NCBI RefSeq assembly: GCF_037042905.1
Contig: NC_087259.1
Span: forward strand, 20,212,001-20,276,000
Direction of reading: 5' to 3'
DNA length: 64,000 nucleotides
From: Lytechinus pictus
Taxonomy: Eukaryota
This document shows positions 62,000 through 64,000 of the stretch, in pieces (position 1 is the first letter of the stretch; each line of letters opens with the position of its first letter). The notes beneath the pieces are model-generated. The model was given only the letters and a program-made list of their open reading frames with translations, did not search any database and was not told where the DNA came from. The translations under genes were made by a program, and so were the position numbers.

Positions 62000-63620
62000 C
62001 TGTTTTTGGAGCTTGTAAGCAAATTATGTTTTTGGAGTTACAAAGTGTGTGGGAGGAACATTGTTTAATAGTAATCATATTACATAATAAGACGTTGAGA
62101 GTGTCTCTTTTTTTCCTCTACTTCATCAATGAGTATTTCCATTGTTGGCAGAGAATTTTACTTTGTGTTTCCCTTTGCAATGTTGGCCTCAATGATGAAC
62201 TTGAGAGGAAATAGCCAATAACATGCATTTTTTGCACTGCCAGAACAACCTCGCTAAAATGATGACATTCTTTCATTTCCTCTCACTTCCGGCTGCCTCA
62301 CCATTGAAAAAGCCTTGAAAACCATAATTTAGGACTTTTGCATATGATTAATGCTTCATGTATATTATCCCTGCATTCTTTGCGTTCCTCTTCTTGTCGT
62401 CTTTTTTTTTTCATTGAGTCTTTCAGCTCAAATATCTCTTCTTTTTGCTGTCAATGGTGAGAATGTAGTCCTCTGGCGTGCACGTGGTTCCCTTCAGCTC
62501 TCCAGGTCCTTGGAAGAGATCAGCATACTGTTCTACTATATCAGGAGAGGCAGATGCAATGGCATAAGTTTTGGCAATCATGTGAAGTGCGATAGCTGTC
62601 ATGAAGCTGAGAAGTTTATCACTGTCTCCTTCAGTGACATGAAAAAGTGCAGGAATTGCATTCATCCTTGAATTGACTATGGTCTCACATGTGCCAAGTG
62701 TTGACAGAGCTTCATTGCTGCCTTACGCATAGATCTTCACTCTGTGCTGCGCTCAGAGATCGAGTCCCCTCAACATACACTTTGGTGACAAACTCTTCAT
62801 ACTGTGTCTTTCCAGTCTCTTCCCACCTTTGCACTGTATTCACAACTGAGTCATCTGCACATATTTGTTTGCCAAGCATGATAAGGTCATCAAATTTGTC
62901 CAGAAACAGATTTCCCATGTTTTGATCATGTTTGTCAGGTTGGTGACGTGTTTGTGGTTTGTCTTGTTAGCTGAGGGACTTTGTTCATGTTGCTTGTGGC
63001 CGTTTGGTTGATCATCTCCTTCTGGTGCGTAACCTTCTTGAAACTCCATGATCATCCTTGCCAGCTCTGGGGTCTGATTGCAACTCTTTCTGCAACGGGC
63101 CCTGGTCCTGAAGACATCCATCTCCTCAAGGCTGCAGGGTTTTTGAAGATCCCTACTGCCCCGCCTGAACCTTTCACAGTTTTGTTTTCCTGCTCATGAG
63201 CCTTGTCAAATTGAATTGACAATAAAGCTTCTTGGATGTTTTTGGAAAGAACCCCGTTACTGGCATTCTTGAACTCCTCCTTGATTCCATCTGGCAGTAA
63301 TTTCAAGTCTTGTATGTGTACTGGTGTCCATCTGACGTAATGATGTGGTCAAAGGTAAACAAGAATGGATTGAGTTCTTCAAAATATCTGACATACATTT
63401 CTCTGTGTGCCTAGATGAAGATGTGAATGGGCATTTCATATCTCCTTATTTGCTCCCAGTACTTGAATGTAGGACTTTGCTTCATCCTTTGATCTTTCCA
63501 ACTGCAAATGGGGTGTCATCATTTCAGCCTGATCTGAGCTGAAAAGCCTCCTCTTGCAACTTGATTTAGAGTGACTTGATGTGCATATCTTGTACGCATG
63601 AGATGTGAAGCTTTTTTATT
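62000..63620 (-). pseudogene. Decayed large DNA-transposon ORF, probably Academ (AcademX)-type
   Basis: Frameshifted pieces HYVRWTPVHIQDLKLLP...SIQFDKAHEQENKTVKGSGGAVGIFKNPAALRRWMSSGP...PELARMIMEF...MGNLF...GKTQYEEFV. This motif run is known from CXC/XPG-containing invertebrate transposases. Superfamily assignment is from memory, not from a search. Confidence 0.6.
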
Positions 63621-64000
63621 TTGTGTGGAAAAATGAACTTGTATTAAACACAGATATTTGAGTATGATTTACAATTTACATCGATCGCACATCATGATCA
63701 ATGCAATCCATTATGAACATTTTCCCTGAGATCCATTATGGAGCTTTGTGTTAAGAGCCTTCTTTGGACTTTGTCAGGCTTTTTCCATAGTAGGAATATT
63801 ACCAGACACAACAACATTTTACAGAATGTGAAATTGTAACATAATTTTTGTTACCACCTATTTCTATGGAATCTATGAAGACATGTTTACATGCTAAAAC
63901 AAGGATCACATGCGTGAGACGGATTTGAGGGGATGAGAAAGAGTCCCGAATGCGGGAGTCTTGCACATAATGCATGAGACTTGTTGTGTCTGAATCGATT

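Overview
AT-rich, intron-rich animal genomic DNA. Protein and repeat content point to a marine invertebrate, most likely a sea urchin or other echinoderm (inference). Three complete spliced genes can be rebuilt by hand with GT-AG junctions and consistent phases: PRPF4 (+, 14 coding exons, 12839-27990, ~502 aa), SPACA9/C9orf9 (-, 5 coding exons, 41285-34923, ~313 aa, with a cluster of RFX X-boxes) and ZDHHC12 (+, 5 coding exons, 55720-60675, ~292 aa). All three human orthologues lie on 9q. Between the divergently transcribed SPACA9 and ZDHHC12 is an apparently identical tandem duplication (42300-48852 / 48849-54521) with a 4-bp TGAC junction microhomology and an 880-bp deletion in copy 2. The rest is dense with transposons: a fully palindromic element with a 9-bp TSD, a 4.3-kb pogo-like element with an intron-split psq HTH relic, hAT-, P-, Kolobok- and Harbinger-like MITEs, Helentron-type HINEs, tRNA-derived SINEs, L2/CR1 LINE ends and a decayed, probably Academ-like transposase. 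Most ORFs in the supplied track are spurious or single exons. I see no convincing wholly new biological system; the best leads are the duplication, the RFX-controlled and extended SPACA9, and the structurally unusual transposons.
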